In this document: positions 13,017-25,404 of the stretch, in pieces | How the letters are laid out: each line of letters opens with the position of its first letter | How positions within the stretch are numbered: the first letter of the stretch is position 1 | Assembly (NCBI GenBank): GCA_002269645.1 | Contig: NIVC01000835.1 | Location: 1-64,000 of the forward strand | Origin: Macrostomum lignano | Taxonomy: Eukaryota | Length of the DNA: 64,000 nucleotides | Reading direction: 5' to 3' | The notes under the pieces: model-generated | Seen by the model: only the letters and a program-made list of their open reading frames with translations | Told to the model about the DNA's origin: nothing | Database searches by the model: none | Made by a program: the position numbers and the translations under genes

Positions 13017-13499
13017 GTGGGTGGGTGTAAGGAGTGAAGTGGTTGTAAGGCTTGAGGTGGGTGTAACTGCAGTTAGGTGGGTGTAAGGAGTGAGGTGGGT
13101 GTAAGGAATGAGGTGGGTGTAAGGAGTGAGGTGGGTGCAAGGAGTGAGGTGGATGTAAGAAGTGAGGTGGGTGCAAGGAGTGAGGTGGATGTAAGAAGTG
13201 AGGTGGGTGCAAGGAGTGAGGTGGTTGTAAGAAGTGAGGTGGGTGTAAGGAATGAGGTGGGTGTAAGGAGTGAGGTGCGTGTAAAGAGTGAGGTGGTGTA
13301 AGGAGTGAGCCGGGTGCAAGGAGTGAGGTGGGTGTAAGGAATGAGGTGGGTGTAAGGAATGAAGTGGGTGTAAGGAGTGAGGTGGGTGTAAAGAATGAGG
13401 TGGGTGTAAGGAATGAGGTGGGTGTAAGGAGTGAGGTGCGTGTAAGGAGTGAGGTGGGTGTAAGGAGTGATCCGGGTGCAAGGAGTGAGGTGGGTGTAG
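13017..13499. repeat. 18-bp minisatellite (right arm, reverse complement of 11917-12350)
   Basis: Unit GGAGTGAGGTGGGTGTAA. Confidence 0.93.
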
Positions 13500-13678
13500 A
13501 AGTTAGTTGGCTAGGGGTTGATGTGCTTGTAAAAGCAGATTGAGTAGAGAGTATTAAATTGGAGGTTTCATGTCAAATTTAGAACTTTCCTTTTGTCAGT
13601 TATTATTGTTAATGAACACATGGTAAATAGGTGAATTTGTGTTTTATCGCTTTATAACTTTACAATTATGCAACTTAC

Positions 13679-16042
13679 CTGTATCAACCGGCAGATTGTT
13701 TAAGTTTTCCCACCGGCCTCCAGTCACCGGGCGATTCTCCAGATTCTCCCACCGGCCTCCGGTCACCGGGTGATTCTCCAAACTTTGCCATTCTGCCGCT
13801 TTCTCCCGCGCAGAGTTCGGCGTCTTCCTCGATGCCGCCGCAGCCTCCCCGTCTTCGGCATCTTTCTCAACTGCTCTGGCCGCCTGGCGTATCGCCTTTC
13901 GCAGCCGGCGGTCGCTGCCGGCCTCTCCGTCCGAGTTGTCGTCGATGCTTTCGTTGCTGCTGCAGCTGCCGCTGGACTCGGCCCGGCCTACCCAGCGAGC
14001 CGGCGCTGACGCGTCCAGGCTGCGGACGTCCGGCGTGTCATCATCGATAGAGACCTCCTCGATGTCGTCGTCTCGTTGAAGCTCGTCAATATCTTCTTTA
14101 ATTTCCGGAGCTTCGATTCGAACTTCCGGTTTGGACGCCTTCCGTTCTAGATTGATTGACTGCGCCGACTGCGCCACCGAGCTGACTGCGGCCTCTATGA
14201 TCTCCTCTGCGTCCGAATCCAGCTCCGCCTGTGCATCCAGGTCGACTTCCGCCTCTGCCTGTACATCCAGGTCGACTTCCGCCTCGGCCTGTACATCCAG
14301 GTCGACTTCCGCCTCTGCCTGTACATCCAGGTCGACTTCCGCCTCGGCCTGTACATCCAGGTCGACTTCCGCCTCGGCCTGTACATCCAGGTCGACTTCC
14401 GCCTCGGCCTGTACATCCAGGTCGACTTCCGCCTCGGCCTGTACATCCAGGTCGACTTCCGCCTCGGCCTGTACATCCAGGTCGACTTCAGCGCCCGATT
14501 TGATCCCAATGTCAGATCCGATTTCTTCTTCCGATTCCCTTTCAACTTCTGCATCAGCGTCGATTTCTACTTCCACTTCTGGACCGACATCAACACCGAA
14601 TTCTACTTCCGCTTCCGGTCGGACATCAACACCGAATTCTACTTCCGCTTCCGGTCTGACATCAACACCAAATTCTACTTCCGCTTCCGGTCTGACATCA
14701 ACACCAAATTCTACTTCCGCTTCCGGTTGGACATCAACACCGAATTCTACTTCCGCTCCCGGTCGGACATCAACGCCGAATTCTACTTCCGTTTCCACCT
14801 CTGGTCGGCCATCAACATCGAATTCTACTTCCGCCTCCACCTCTGGTCGGCCATCAACATCGAATTCTACTTCCGCCTCCACCTCTGGTCGGCCATCAAC
14901 ATTGAATTCTACTTCCGCCTCCACCTCTGGTCGGCCATCAACATCGAATTCTACTTCCGCCTCCTGTCGAACGTCAACATCAAGTTCCAATTCTGCATCA
15001 ACTTCCGGTCGGATATCAACACCGAATTCTACTTCCGCTTCAAATTCTGTTCGTAAGTTAGCGTCCAGCTCCACTTCCGCATCAACTTCCGGTCGGACGT
15101 CAACATCGAATTTTACTTCCGCCTCCACCTCTGGTTGGCTCTCAAAATCGAGTTCTAGTTCCACATCAGCTTCCGGTCTGAGGCCCACTTCAACTTCCCC
15201 ATTGAATTCCACTTCGGCATGAGTTGCAAAGTCAACCGCAGCTTCGAATTTTTCTTCAACATCAATCTCCACTTCCGGTTCGACTTCCGCGGATTCCGCA
15301 TTCGACAACGCTTTGTCGGCATTCCTAACAGCCTGAACCACTAGGTCGGCCTCGTCCAGATCGTCATCCCCGGACGCTGACAGGCTGTCGTCGCTGCGCG
15401 GCCGCGGCATCTCCACCAGGGTGTTCGCCGTGCCTGACGAGGTGCCGCCTGACGAGGCGGAGCCGCGCCTGCCTGCGGACTCGGTCAGCGCGTCTTCAAC
15501 GGCGCCACCCAACGAGCGCCAGGTTTTGCCTTCGTCTCCGGGTTCCAGCGACAAGTCGAGGTTCGGGACCGCCACCTCGCCAATGACAGCGTAGGCGTGC
15601 GAGTCGGCCTCCTCTTTCAGCATCAGATCCACCGACAGTGCCACCCATTCATCCTCCTGTGGCTCCGCCTCCGCCCAGTCGGAGTTCAGCAGGGCCCGCT
15701 CGAGTTGGCCACCAGCTGCCGCCTGCGGGACTCCGCCGCCGCGGGCCAGCAGAAGCCGCGGCCCTCCTGTAGGCGCAGGCGCCGGCGCCTCCTCGGAGAC
15801 AACGATCGATGGTAGGGCGACGCTTCGCGAGGCCTCGCGCAACGGTGTTGACGGCGGCAGCGGCGGGGCGGCGGCGGCGGCGGCGGCGGCGGCGGCTGAA
15901 GTCGCTGGCTGCCGGTGCTGGAATTCTACTGTGAGGCCGTAGCAACCGGCCAGGCCGAGCAGGAAGCTCACGTGCTCGGGGTCGACCGCGTCGGCCGCTT
16001 CGCCAGCTGTTAGGTCGACCCGGATCGCCACGATGCGGTCGC
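13679..16042 (-). CDS. TM-PDZ-acidic repeat protein, exon 4 (PDZ C-half + acidic repeats)
   Basis: Acceptor CCTTAG, donor ACAG|GTAAGT, 2364 nt phase 1-1; (G)DRIVAIRVDL...VSFLLGLAGCYGLTVEFQHR, then PEVEAEVEFDVDGR / PEAEVEFGVDVR / AEVDLDVQAE repeats and WENLENRPVTGGR-like x3. Confidence 0.88.
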
Positions 16043-16103
16043 CTAAGGCAGTGGAGAGGCCGGCATTCGTTAGCAAGGGAATTTTTAGGATTTAGGTTAT
16101 GGT

Positions 16104-16261
16104 TAGGGTTGGGGTTGGGGTTGGGTTTGGGGTTGGGTTGGGGTTGGGGTTGGGGTTGGGGTTGGGGTTGGGGTTGGGGTTGGGTTTGGGGTTGGGTTGG
16201 GGTTGGGGTTGGGGTTGGGGTTGGGGTTGGGGTTGGGGTTGGGGTTGGGGTTGGGGTTGGG
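16104..16261. repeat. (GGGGTT)n telomere-like hexamer tract filling most of a 244-bp intron
   Basis: ~25 TTGGGG units preceded by GGTTAGGGTT. Confidence 0.93.
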
Positions 16262-16286
16262 ATTGACATCAGGACAACGAGATTAC

Positions 16287-16446
16287 CTGCTCGAACGCCT
16301 TGCCGACTGCAGAGCGAGCTGTGCGCGGGGTCCTTGGACACCAGCACCATGTTGTTGCTCAGCTTAATCTTTAATTCCAAGTCCTCCAGCTTGGTGGCGC
16401 GAACTGATATCAGATCCTTGACCTCCGACTTTGGCTTGTTGACATG
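16287..16446 (-). CDS. TM-PDZ-acidic repeat protein, exon 3 (PDZ N-half)
   Basis: Acceptor CTTCAG, donor CAG|GTAATC, phase 1; ELKIKLSNNMVLVSKDPAHSSLCSRQGVRAG. Confidence 0.75.
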
Positions 16447-16558
16447 CTGAAGTTGTTGATGAAGACAACGGTTTGATAGTGAACAGGTGAACTCTGGGAA
16501 CCAGGTTAACACACCGGGAATCAGGTGACACACTGGGGTGAAACACAGGTTGGCTCAC

Positions 16559-16725
16559 AGGATATTCTGTGGGCTGGCTCACCACTTTGGCAGAATCCTG
16601 CTCGTTGACCATCCGCACTGAGGCGCCGCCGCCCTGCTCAGCTCGGCGACCGGTGGTTGCGGGCCGGTTCTCCACCCAATCAAAGCCGGTGTTCTCGACG
16701 CCGGACCGGGACCTGTGTGAGCTCG
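16559..16725 (-). CDS. TM-PDZ-acidic repeat protein, exon 2
   Basis: Acceptor GGACAG (phase 1), donor CCT|GTGAGC (phase 0); SSHRSRSGVENTGFDWVENRPATTGRR...TEYP. Confidence 0.65.
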
Positions 16726-16784
16726 CTGTCCAGGGAGCGTGCGACGGCAAAGGGACTAGGTTAACGTGAACTGTATCCTTGTCC

Positions 16785-17129
16785 CTCTACCCTCTCATGC
16801 TCTTCTCCCTCTCCCTCTCATGCTCTCCCTCTCCCCCTCATGCTCTCCATCTCCCCCTCATGCTCTCCCTCTCCCCCTCATGCTCTTCATCTCCCCCTCA
16901 TGCTCTTCATCTCCCCCTCATGCTCTCCATCTCCACCTCATGCTCTCCATCTCCCCCTCATGCTCTCCATCTCCCCCTCATGCTCTCCATCTCCCCCTCA
17001 TGCTCTCCATCTCCCCCTCATGCTCTCCATCTCCACCTCATGCTCTCCATCTCCACCTCATGCTCTCCATCTCCACCTCATGCTCTCCATCTCCCCCTCA
17101 TGCTCTCCATCTCCCCCTCATGCTCTCCA
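16785..17129. repeat. 20-bp minisatellite (left part, interrupted by transposon)
   Basis: Unit TGCTCTCCATCTCCCCCTCA. Confidence 0.95.
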
Positions 17130-20100
17130 CACGGTTAGGCTGGGCACTGATATTGGGGAAAAAATTGCCACAAGATGGCACCTATGTACCATTAAACTAC
17201 TGCCTTTCTGTAGTTCAGAAAGCCCACTCATTAAAATTCATGTGCCTATCTTTGTGTACAATCTGTGTACAATTGCTCTCATTAATTGCTCTCGTTAATA
17301 AGACAAGCAGAAATTTTTAGCAAGTGACAGACTTAATGTATACTTGTACAAAAAAGATTACAAGATTACAAGAAGTTTATTTAGGTTAATGTTTGTGTAG
17401 TATTATTGCTTGTTTTACTTGTTAACTAGCTTGTAAGTTAGTAAGTTAAATAATTTTACGATTTCTAACATTACAAATTGTTTACATTTAAATACTCAGA
17501 AACAGCATGGGTTTTATAGAAAAATTTCGAAATAACTATATTCTTTTTGTGTAGCAAGTTCCTCAAATATTAACCAGAACTACATGCATTTCTGCAATAA
17601 TATTGCAAGGTACGCTCGTATTAGCATATAAAGTAGCAAAAGTATGAAAGCTTTCTACAGTACGGGAGCTTGCAAAAATTTTAGTATTTTAAATTTATAG
17701 GGTCCTTTGAATACTACTTTACTGTAAGACTAACAACCACTGCCATTTCTTTTACCAGTAAAGCAGAAAACCGAGTTACCGGGATTAAATGTGGTGGCTG
17801 TTGTAAGCAACCACGGCGCGCAAAAGATTTTGGCCAAACTCAGCATGGTGCGCTGGCAGGCTGTACCGTGACCACGTTTTGGCAAAATCAGAGTGAACAC
17901 TCTCCACTGCTTGCTCGCTGCAGCTGCCAAGCGCTTGCCCTGTCCGCCGGCAGAACTCTCCAACATGGCAAAAGACAACGTGAACTTTTGGGGTGACAGG
18001 TAAGCTTAAGCTCATGTAGGCCAGTCGAAAATTCTCAATTGCCTCTTCAAAGTCTGCCGCCAATTCGGTTCCAAAGGCGCTGCTGACCAGCCGATCGAAC
18101 GCCATCAGACACGCCCCGTACGGCTGTAATGGTGGAGGCAGATCAGCGTGAAGCTGCGGTGATTTGCGGAGCAGCTGGCGGCAGGCGTTTCCTTCCATCA
18201 TGCCACCTCTGTAATCAGCTCGAATAATGCCATGCTGATGAGCCCACTCGAACGCGCGATTCGCACCCCAAGCTTCGTTGAGCTTGTCCAGCAGTCGGTT
18301 GCTGACTCCAAGGAGCAGGTGCAGCTCAGGTGGCGGCAGAAGCATCAAAACTTCTTTGTCATCATCGCCTGGTAGCAGTGGCATGTTGACACAGTTTTTA
18401 AAGTTCTTTGCCTTTGCACGAACTTGGCCAGCTGCTTGAAACTGCTGAGCAAACTGCCGAATTCTCCCAAGAGTTCTTGGCACACCATTTTCTGTAAAAG
18501 GAGCCAGAGCTTCGCAATAGGGGCACGGATGTGTACAGGAATGAGGTTGCAGTCCGCAGATGATGTTTGCAACTTTCATATCTGCAGTGACTGGGATTTG
18601 AAGTTCGTTGACAGCGATCGCCTCTAGCAGAGCCTGAATATTTCCGTAAGTCTCAGGAACGTCGTTGACGATCGCAAGCAACAGGATCTTCTTGACACCC
18701 GTGTCACAGAATTTCCTGCTGTTGGCTCCTCGAGTTCCGATTTCGGGTTTTGCGTTAGAGCCAATTATCGAAACGCAAACTTTAAAAAATCCGCCGCCAC
18801 CATCGAGACCCAGCAGACAGTGAAAATCATTGAAACTGCGTTGCTGAGCAACATGTGCAATGAGTTTGACCGAGTCGTTGCAGACAACAGTCGGGCGGCA
18901 AATAGTGTCGGCTGTTGCGGCAGTCGAGGTCAGCTCCGAGAACTGGAGATTCTGGATGTCGAAGTAATCCTCTAATGCTCGATTTTGCTGTACCAAAATT
19001 TTCTTCAAGTTTGACTCGACTGCACGAGATGAGCTCGCGCCAGCACGAAGCACTTGAGCAGCCTGTAGCACTTGATTGTTGCTCAGATTCAGAGTTGTTT
19101 TCAAGTGCATCATAGTGTCCGTCCTCGTTGGAGGAAAGCTCGCACTGCTGTTTTGAGCAACATGCACAGCAACTCGAATCGGATGGCCGCCTCGATGTCT
19201 GGCCAGAGTGATCGAATTCGAATCCGCCGTCGACCCACCCGTCTTTTCGGCAATGCAGTTGCTGGCCAGCATCTCCCTTGTCCTTGGGCTGACTGTTTGC
19301 TCGATGTTAGTCACCTTAGCTGTCGAGTTGCATTTGTGCTGTTTGCCACGCCCAACTGGAGAATGACAGTATGAGCAGGAAAGCACAGCCGTTGCTCCTT
19401 CAGCTGGTGCTGGGGATCTTTCGCGTGGTCGACCAGGTGGGGCTCGAGCAGGACCTGTTGTGTAAGGCGTCTTTGGATCGCTGCCTTTGTGGTGATTGCC
19501 ACGAGCCATTTCGCACAGTTGGCAGTTGCAATCCGGTCTGCTTCTGGTGGCTGGAGGCAGACTCTTCATGTCGGCTATTATCTTCTCGTAATCTGGTCGC
19601 GGTGGCAGAGCACGAGGCGTCAGACTTCTTAGTGACGATAAAACGCGCCTGCAGCCCTGGCAAACTCCTTCAGGTAGAAAGTGCCGCACTGCCTCGTAGT
19701 CCTGGAACAAGTCGGCTGCCACGGATTCGAAATTAGAGCAAGAAGAAATCAGCGCAGAAGCTCGTCTCAAGCAGAGCAGGCACAAACTTTGCCTGTTCTC
19801 GTTATGAGTTTTTTTTGTCGTTGGCATTGTAGACAGTACAAGCTATGCAAACAGCTCTTTCAGTTCAGGCACTCGCTTGTTTTAGATCAAATAGAACTAG
19901 ATCAAACCTTTATAAGTAAATTGAGCAGTATGATAACCAAGTTAACGCACCTGGCAGAAATATTACAAAGCAATTATAGATAAGATACTACTGTGTTATT
20001 ACTATTGATAAATTCCTCTTTATGACTGCAATTATAAGGCATAAGCTACCTGTGGTGCAGCGTTTTATTGCTCAAGCAGATATGGGGCAATATTTACTCC

Positions 20101-20335
20101 CAAAGTCCTTTGTGGTCTATTCATAATTATCATCTGATTAGCAAAAATTCTATTAGAGCAATAAAATATTTTGTTTTAAAGTGTACCGAAACATATAGTG
20201 CCATACACAGCAAAGATAGGCACATGAATTTTAATGAGTGGGCTTTCCAAACTACAGAAAGGCAGTAGTTTAATGGCACATAGGTGCCGTCTTGTGGCAA
20301 TTTTTTCCTCAATATCAGTGCCCAGCCTAACCGTG
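17130..20335 (-). mobile_element. Full-length Chapaev-type (CMC superfamily) DNA transposon, 3206 bp
   Basis: 125-bp TIRs (17130-17254 / 20211-20335, 5 mismatches), CACGG...CCGTG termini, 4-bp TSD TCCA (17126-29 / 20336-39), single transposase ORF. Confidence 0.88.
17785..19827 (-). CDS. Chapaev transposase, 680 aa, uninterrupted
   Basis: N-terminal H-x7-CLLC...P-x3-CxxC...CxCxxC (Chapa/RAG1-like zinc finger); DDE candidates LDGGGG, TADMK, SEQAVESVH; CxHPCPYC, ELHLLLG, TPKVH motifs. Confidence 0.9.
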   Translation of the reverse strand: MPTTKKTHNENRQSLCLLCLRRASALISSCSNFESVAADLFQDYEAVRHFLPEGVCQGCRRVLSSLRSLTPRALPPRPDYEKIIADMKSLPPATRSRPDCNCQLCEMARGNHHKGSDPKTPYTTGPARAPPGRPRERSPAPAEGATAVLSCSYCHSPVGRGKQHKCNSTAKVTNIEQTVSPRTREMLASNCIAEKTGGSTADSNSITLARHRGGHPIRVAVHVAQNSSASFPPTRTDTMMHLKTTLNLSNNQVLQAAQVLRAGASSSRAVESNLKKILVQQNRALEDYFDIQNLQFSELTSTAATADTICRPTVVCNDSVKLIAHVAQQRSFNDFHCLLGLDGGGGFFKVCVSIIGSNAKPEIGTRGANSRKFCDTGVKKILLLAIVNDVPETYGNIQALLEAIAVNELQIPVTADMKVANIICGLQPHSCTHPCPYCEALAPFTENGVPRTLGRIRQFAQQFQAAGQVRAKAKNFKNCVNMPLLPGDDDKEVLMLLPPPELHLLLGVSNRLLDKLNEAWGANRAFEWAHQHGIIRADYRGGMMEGNACRQLLRKSPQLHADLPPPLQPYGACLMAFDRLVSSAFGTELAADFEEAIENFRLAYMSLSLPVTPKVHVVFCHVGEFCRRTGQALGSCSEQAVESVHSDFAKTWSRYSLPAHHAEFGQNLLRAVVAYNSHHI

Positions 20336-20440
20336 TCCATCTCCTCCCCCTCATGCTCTCCATCTCCCCCTCATGCTCTCCATCTCCCCCTCATGCTCTC
20401 CATCTCCTCCCCCTCATGCTCTCCATCTCCCCTTCACACT
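20336..20440. repeat. 20-bp minisatellite (right part, continues after transposon)
   Basis: Same unit resumes immediately after the right TIR. Confidence 0.9.
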
Positions 20441-20507
20441 CCATCTCAGCCTCCTGCTCTCCGCTAATGCCACCCCCCCCCCCGAAGCCCTTGCAGCCAG
20501 CTCTCAC

Positions 20508-20712
20508 ATCTCCTCTTCATCAGGCGCATTCGCCGCAGCAGGTAGCAGACGAGGATGACGCAGACGCATACGCAGACGATAAACGTCACGGCGAAGGTCA
20601 CCCCGGCTGCCACTCCTGGCGAGACGTCCTGTGCTCGAGCCTCATAGGGAAGGATTGCGATTATCAGAGCTGTGGTGGCCAAGGCCCTGGCCACCTTGCA
20701 CACCAGTTGCAT
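20508..20712 (-). CDS. TM-PDZ-acidic repeat protein, exon 1 (signal peptide + TM)
   Basis: ATG at 20712; MQLVCKVARALATTALIIAILPYEARA|QDVSPG, TM VAAGVTFAVTFIVCVCVCVILVCYLL, then RRMRLMKRR; donor T|GTGAGA, phase 1. Confidence 0.7.
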
Positions 20713-21238
20713 TGCGTCACGCAAGCTGCTGCTGCTGCTGCAGATCCGGGGACTGACCGACTGAACTTATTAAATGAATTAGTGCTCAGGTGAGCTCAAC
20801 GAGCTGGTCGGGTTTATTCTGACCCTCGCAATTAGAGGGCCCGTGTAAAAGAGATTGTTGCCAGAATATAAGACAAAACTTCAGGGGTAAGTGTATAGGC
20901 ATTTCTATTGTATGGTTAACACCGCCTGGCCCAACTCAGTCTCTCAAACTATTGCCATCTTCTCTTTCCCTGACCCACTGAGGTTTCCTTCTTTCAAAAA
21001 TCTAAGGGAGGGTTTGGTTAGCAGCGCGCACTTCTCTCGCTCGATGCCGCGCTCCGCCTGCTCCATTTCAGCGGCCGCAAATGACACTTCACTCTGACCC
21101 GCCCACCCCTTCCCCAAAGGAGCGGTTTATTGTTTGAGAGGACAGGCCTTTGTGCTAGCCAGCTGTGCCATTCATGCCGCCTTTCGGCATTCCGCTGTGT
21201 TGGCTTTGGTTACTTCTCGCCCTCCACCTGTCCGTGTA

Positions 21239-22985
<1,747 letters not shown>

Positions 22986-24658
22986 CTGAGAACGCTATGT
23001 CAAATTTGCAGCACAAGCGCAACCTGAGTAATATCTTGGACTCAATGAGCTCACTTACGCGCATTCTTCATCTCTGCCGGATCGCTAATTGCTGTAATTT
23101 CCATTTTAGTAGCAGAAACAATGCGCGGCCCGCCCCCATGATGTGCAGGCGAAAACTCAAAAGAAATTTTTGTTAATTCGAAAGCCAGCCGGAGAGGAGG
23201 CTGGGGCACGAGCGCTTCGCCATACTCGTAGTTGAAGCGAGGGTGAGCAGCATGACTCATTACTCAATCTGTCATTCCGCTCAGATAGCAGCATAAACAG
23301 TGCGCACTTACTTCAGCCAGCACTGCTGCTCATCGAAAGGCACTCGGGCTCTGCTTTTATTACTACGAGTAGCGCAATATGAAAGTCTATAAGCTTCATA
23401 AAATTTGCTGTACCTATAATAGAGGCATCTTATTTAATTGCTTACTTCTAGGAAATAAGAGCGTATCGTCTGCAAATCGGATTAAATCTCTGCCAGCACT
23501 GCCTCAGCCAACACTCTCCCTCCATCCATTCAAAAGGGACATTGTTTGGAAAAGTGGCCTTCAAAACATTTTCCATAGATTTCGAGTGTTGCGTCCTTCT
23601 ACTTTAGTAGCCTTTGCATGGCTCAAGGGGGAATTGCTGAGATTTCACTTCTCAAAGGGGTGCTGACATCTTGGGCTAGATCATATGATCTTTGGGGTGG
23701 CTGCCAGCTAGCTGTCAGGGGCCGATAATTTTTTTGCTTTAAAGCATCCTTTTCCGTAAGAAAGTAACAGTAGCAACTATATACAAAAATTTCTACATTT
23801 AGTTCATTCAAAATTTCTCATTCCTTTCTTTGCTACCACCCCGTCAAATGAGTTTTTATGATATCACAAGATTTAGCTGTAATTCTAAGTTCCTTTGAGA
23901 ACGAAAACTTCCGCCCAATTTAACATTGGCTGCGATCAAATATGATTGAAATTGACTTCTGTAAGTCTGTGATTTCCAATCCGTCTATCTACGACAAGCA
24001 ACCCAAAATCTTGTAGGACAAAAATTACATAAAAGATGCTGCAAATTACTTTGGAGCAAAACTGAAGTTCCACATAACATGACGAATGAAAGGCGAACAA
24101 AACAACGAACAAAAGTAGCCTTGTATTGCACGAATGCGTACGTGCAATTAGAGCTAGACAGACTTAGAAACAGTACGCAAGGTAAATGCATAAGTTGTAC
24201 ACTGGAAAACGATTCTAGTATCAGTGGCTAGTGGCTTGTACCTTCTTAGTATATAAGTAGTGTAGTTGATAACATTTTTTTACAAATTTTGAGTCTATAA
24301 TTGCGAGAGAGTTTTATTAGTCAAGACAGGAAATCTGTGGCACAAGCTCCAAACAAAACTTGCATAAACTGTAAGCAGAAGAACTAACTCATCAAAGAGA
24401 CAGGTATACCTTTAGCCATAGGTTAATTGTTTTTAGTTATGATCAACAAAATATTTGTTTAATTCAAGTGTCCGAATACTTTTATCGCGGCATGGGTAAT
24501 CAACCCGCATCCCAGGTATGTGAACTTATGAAATGGATTAATTTAATGCTGGCATAATGCAGCCGGTCAGGTGAATACTTGAGCGTGCATGCATTAAATC
24601 AAATATCCGTATAGCTACCCAAAGCACGCAATAAAAGTACTTTACAGATTTAAAATTA

Positions 24659-24726
24659 GGGGCAGGGCAGCTCAGCGGTAAACGCGTCTGACTCTTGCAT
24701 TGCGACCCCAGGTTCGATTCATTCCG
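24659..24726 (+). other. Degenerate tRNA-derived pol III head (A/B boxes)
   Basis: CAGCTCAGCGG (A-box-like) and GGTTCGATTC (B box); anticodon stem does not pair. Confidence 0.4.
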
Positions 24727-24780
24727 TACATGGCAACATTCATTTAGGGCTTGTGCACCAAAGAGGGGGTTTAGCATAGA

Positions 24781-24905
24781 GGGGTTGTAGCCTAGCGGTT
24801 AGAGCGTCGGGCTCACGACTGAAAGGTCGGGGGTTCGATTCTCGACCCCACGGGAACAATTTGTGTCCTTGAGCAAGACACTTAACTCTCTGCATTGCTT
24901 CAGTT
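24781..24905 (+). mobile_element. tRNA-derived CORE-SINE (MIR-like), 3'-truncated
   Basis: A box TAGCCTAGCGG, B box GGTTCGATTC, followed by TGTGTCCTTGAGCAAGACACTTAACTCTCTGCATTGCTTCAGT resembling the CORE domain. Confidence 0.7.
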
Positions 24906-25404
24906 CTTATCATTAATTTAAACGTTTTTTCCAATAAGACCAATGTAACATAAAAAATCGATTAATGCGTCGTTAGAGCAGCATGTGAGGCACAAAATAG
25001 TGTGATTAGAACTTTCTCTGACACTTTTAAGAGACCCAATCACTGTTTTAGTGTTGAAAATCGTGAAATTTCCTATCTCCGTAGTGCTTTTTTCCGGTGA
25101 AACCTGCCTTTAAAACTATTTCTGAACGAAAAGCTTTATGAATATTGATAGAGCAATAAGAAAGGCACAACATATCAAAAGATCAACACTGGATCTGCCT
25201 CCTATCAAAAGCGCTGGTATAGTGCAACGTGGGACGATGTCGCCAAAGACGTTGCGCCAGGGTGCCTGCTCCTGCGATTATGTGTGAAGTATGAATGTAA
25301 TCAATCGCTCTACAATTGCCTTCAATTGATGGCTGTGTGGAAGAGCTTAAAGTCTCAATCCGAGTCAATTTAATCATAGATCTCTCTTTCATAACACTTT
25401 TTAG

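Noticed and set aside
14131-15222. 363-aa Ser/Thr-rich + strand ORF
   Set aside because: Antisense shadow of the acidic repeat exon.
16104-16261. True chromosome end
   Set aside because: Internal to a gene with valid splice sites on both sides.
15649-16533. 294-aa ORF with PT/PQ/PN repeats
   Set aside because: Read-through of the (CCCCAA)n intron; only 16287-16446 is exonic.
24781-24860. Functional tRNA gene
   Set aside because: Acceptor and anticodon stems do not pair well, and it is followed by a CORE-SINE segment.
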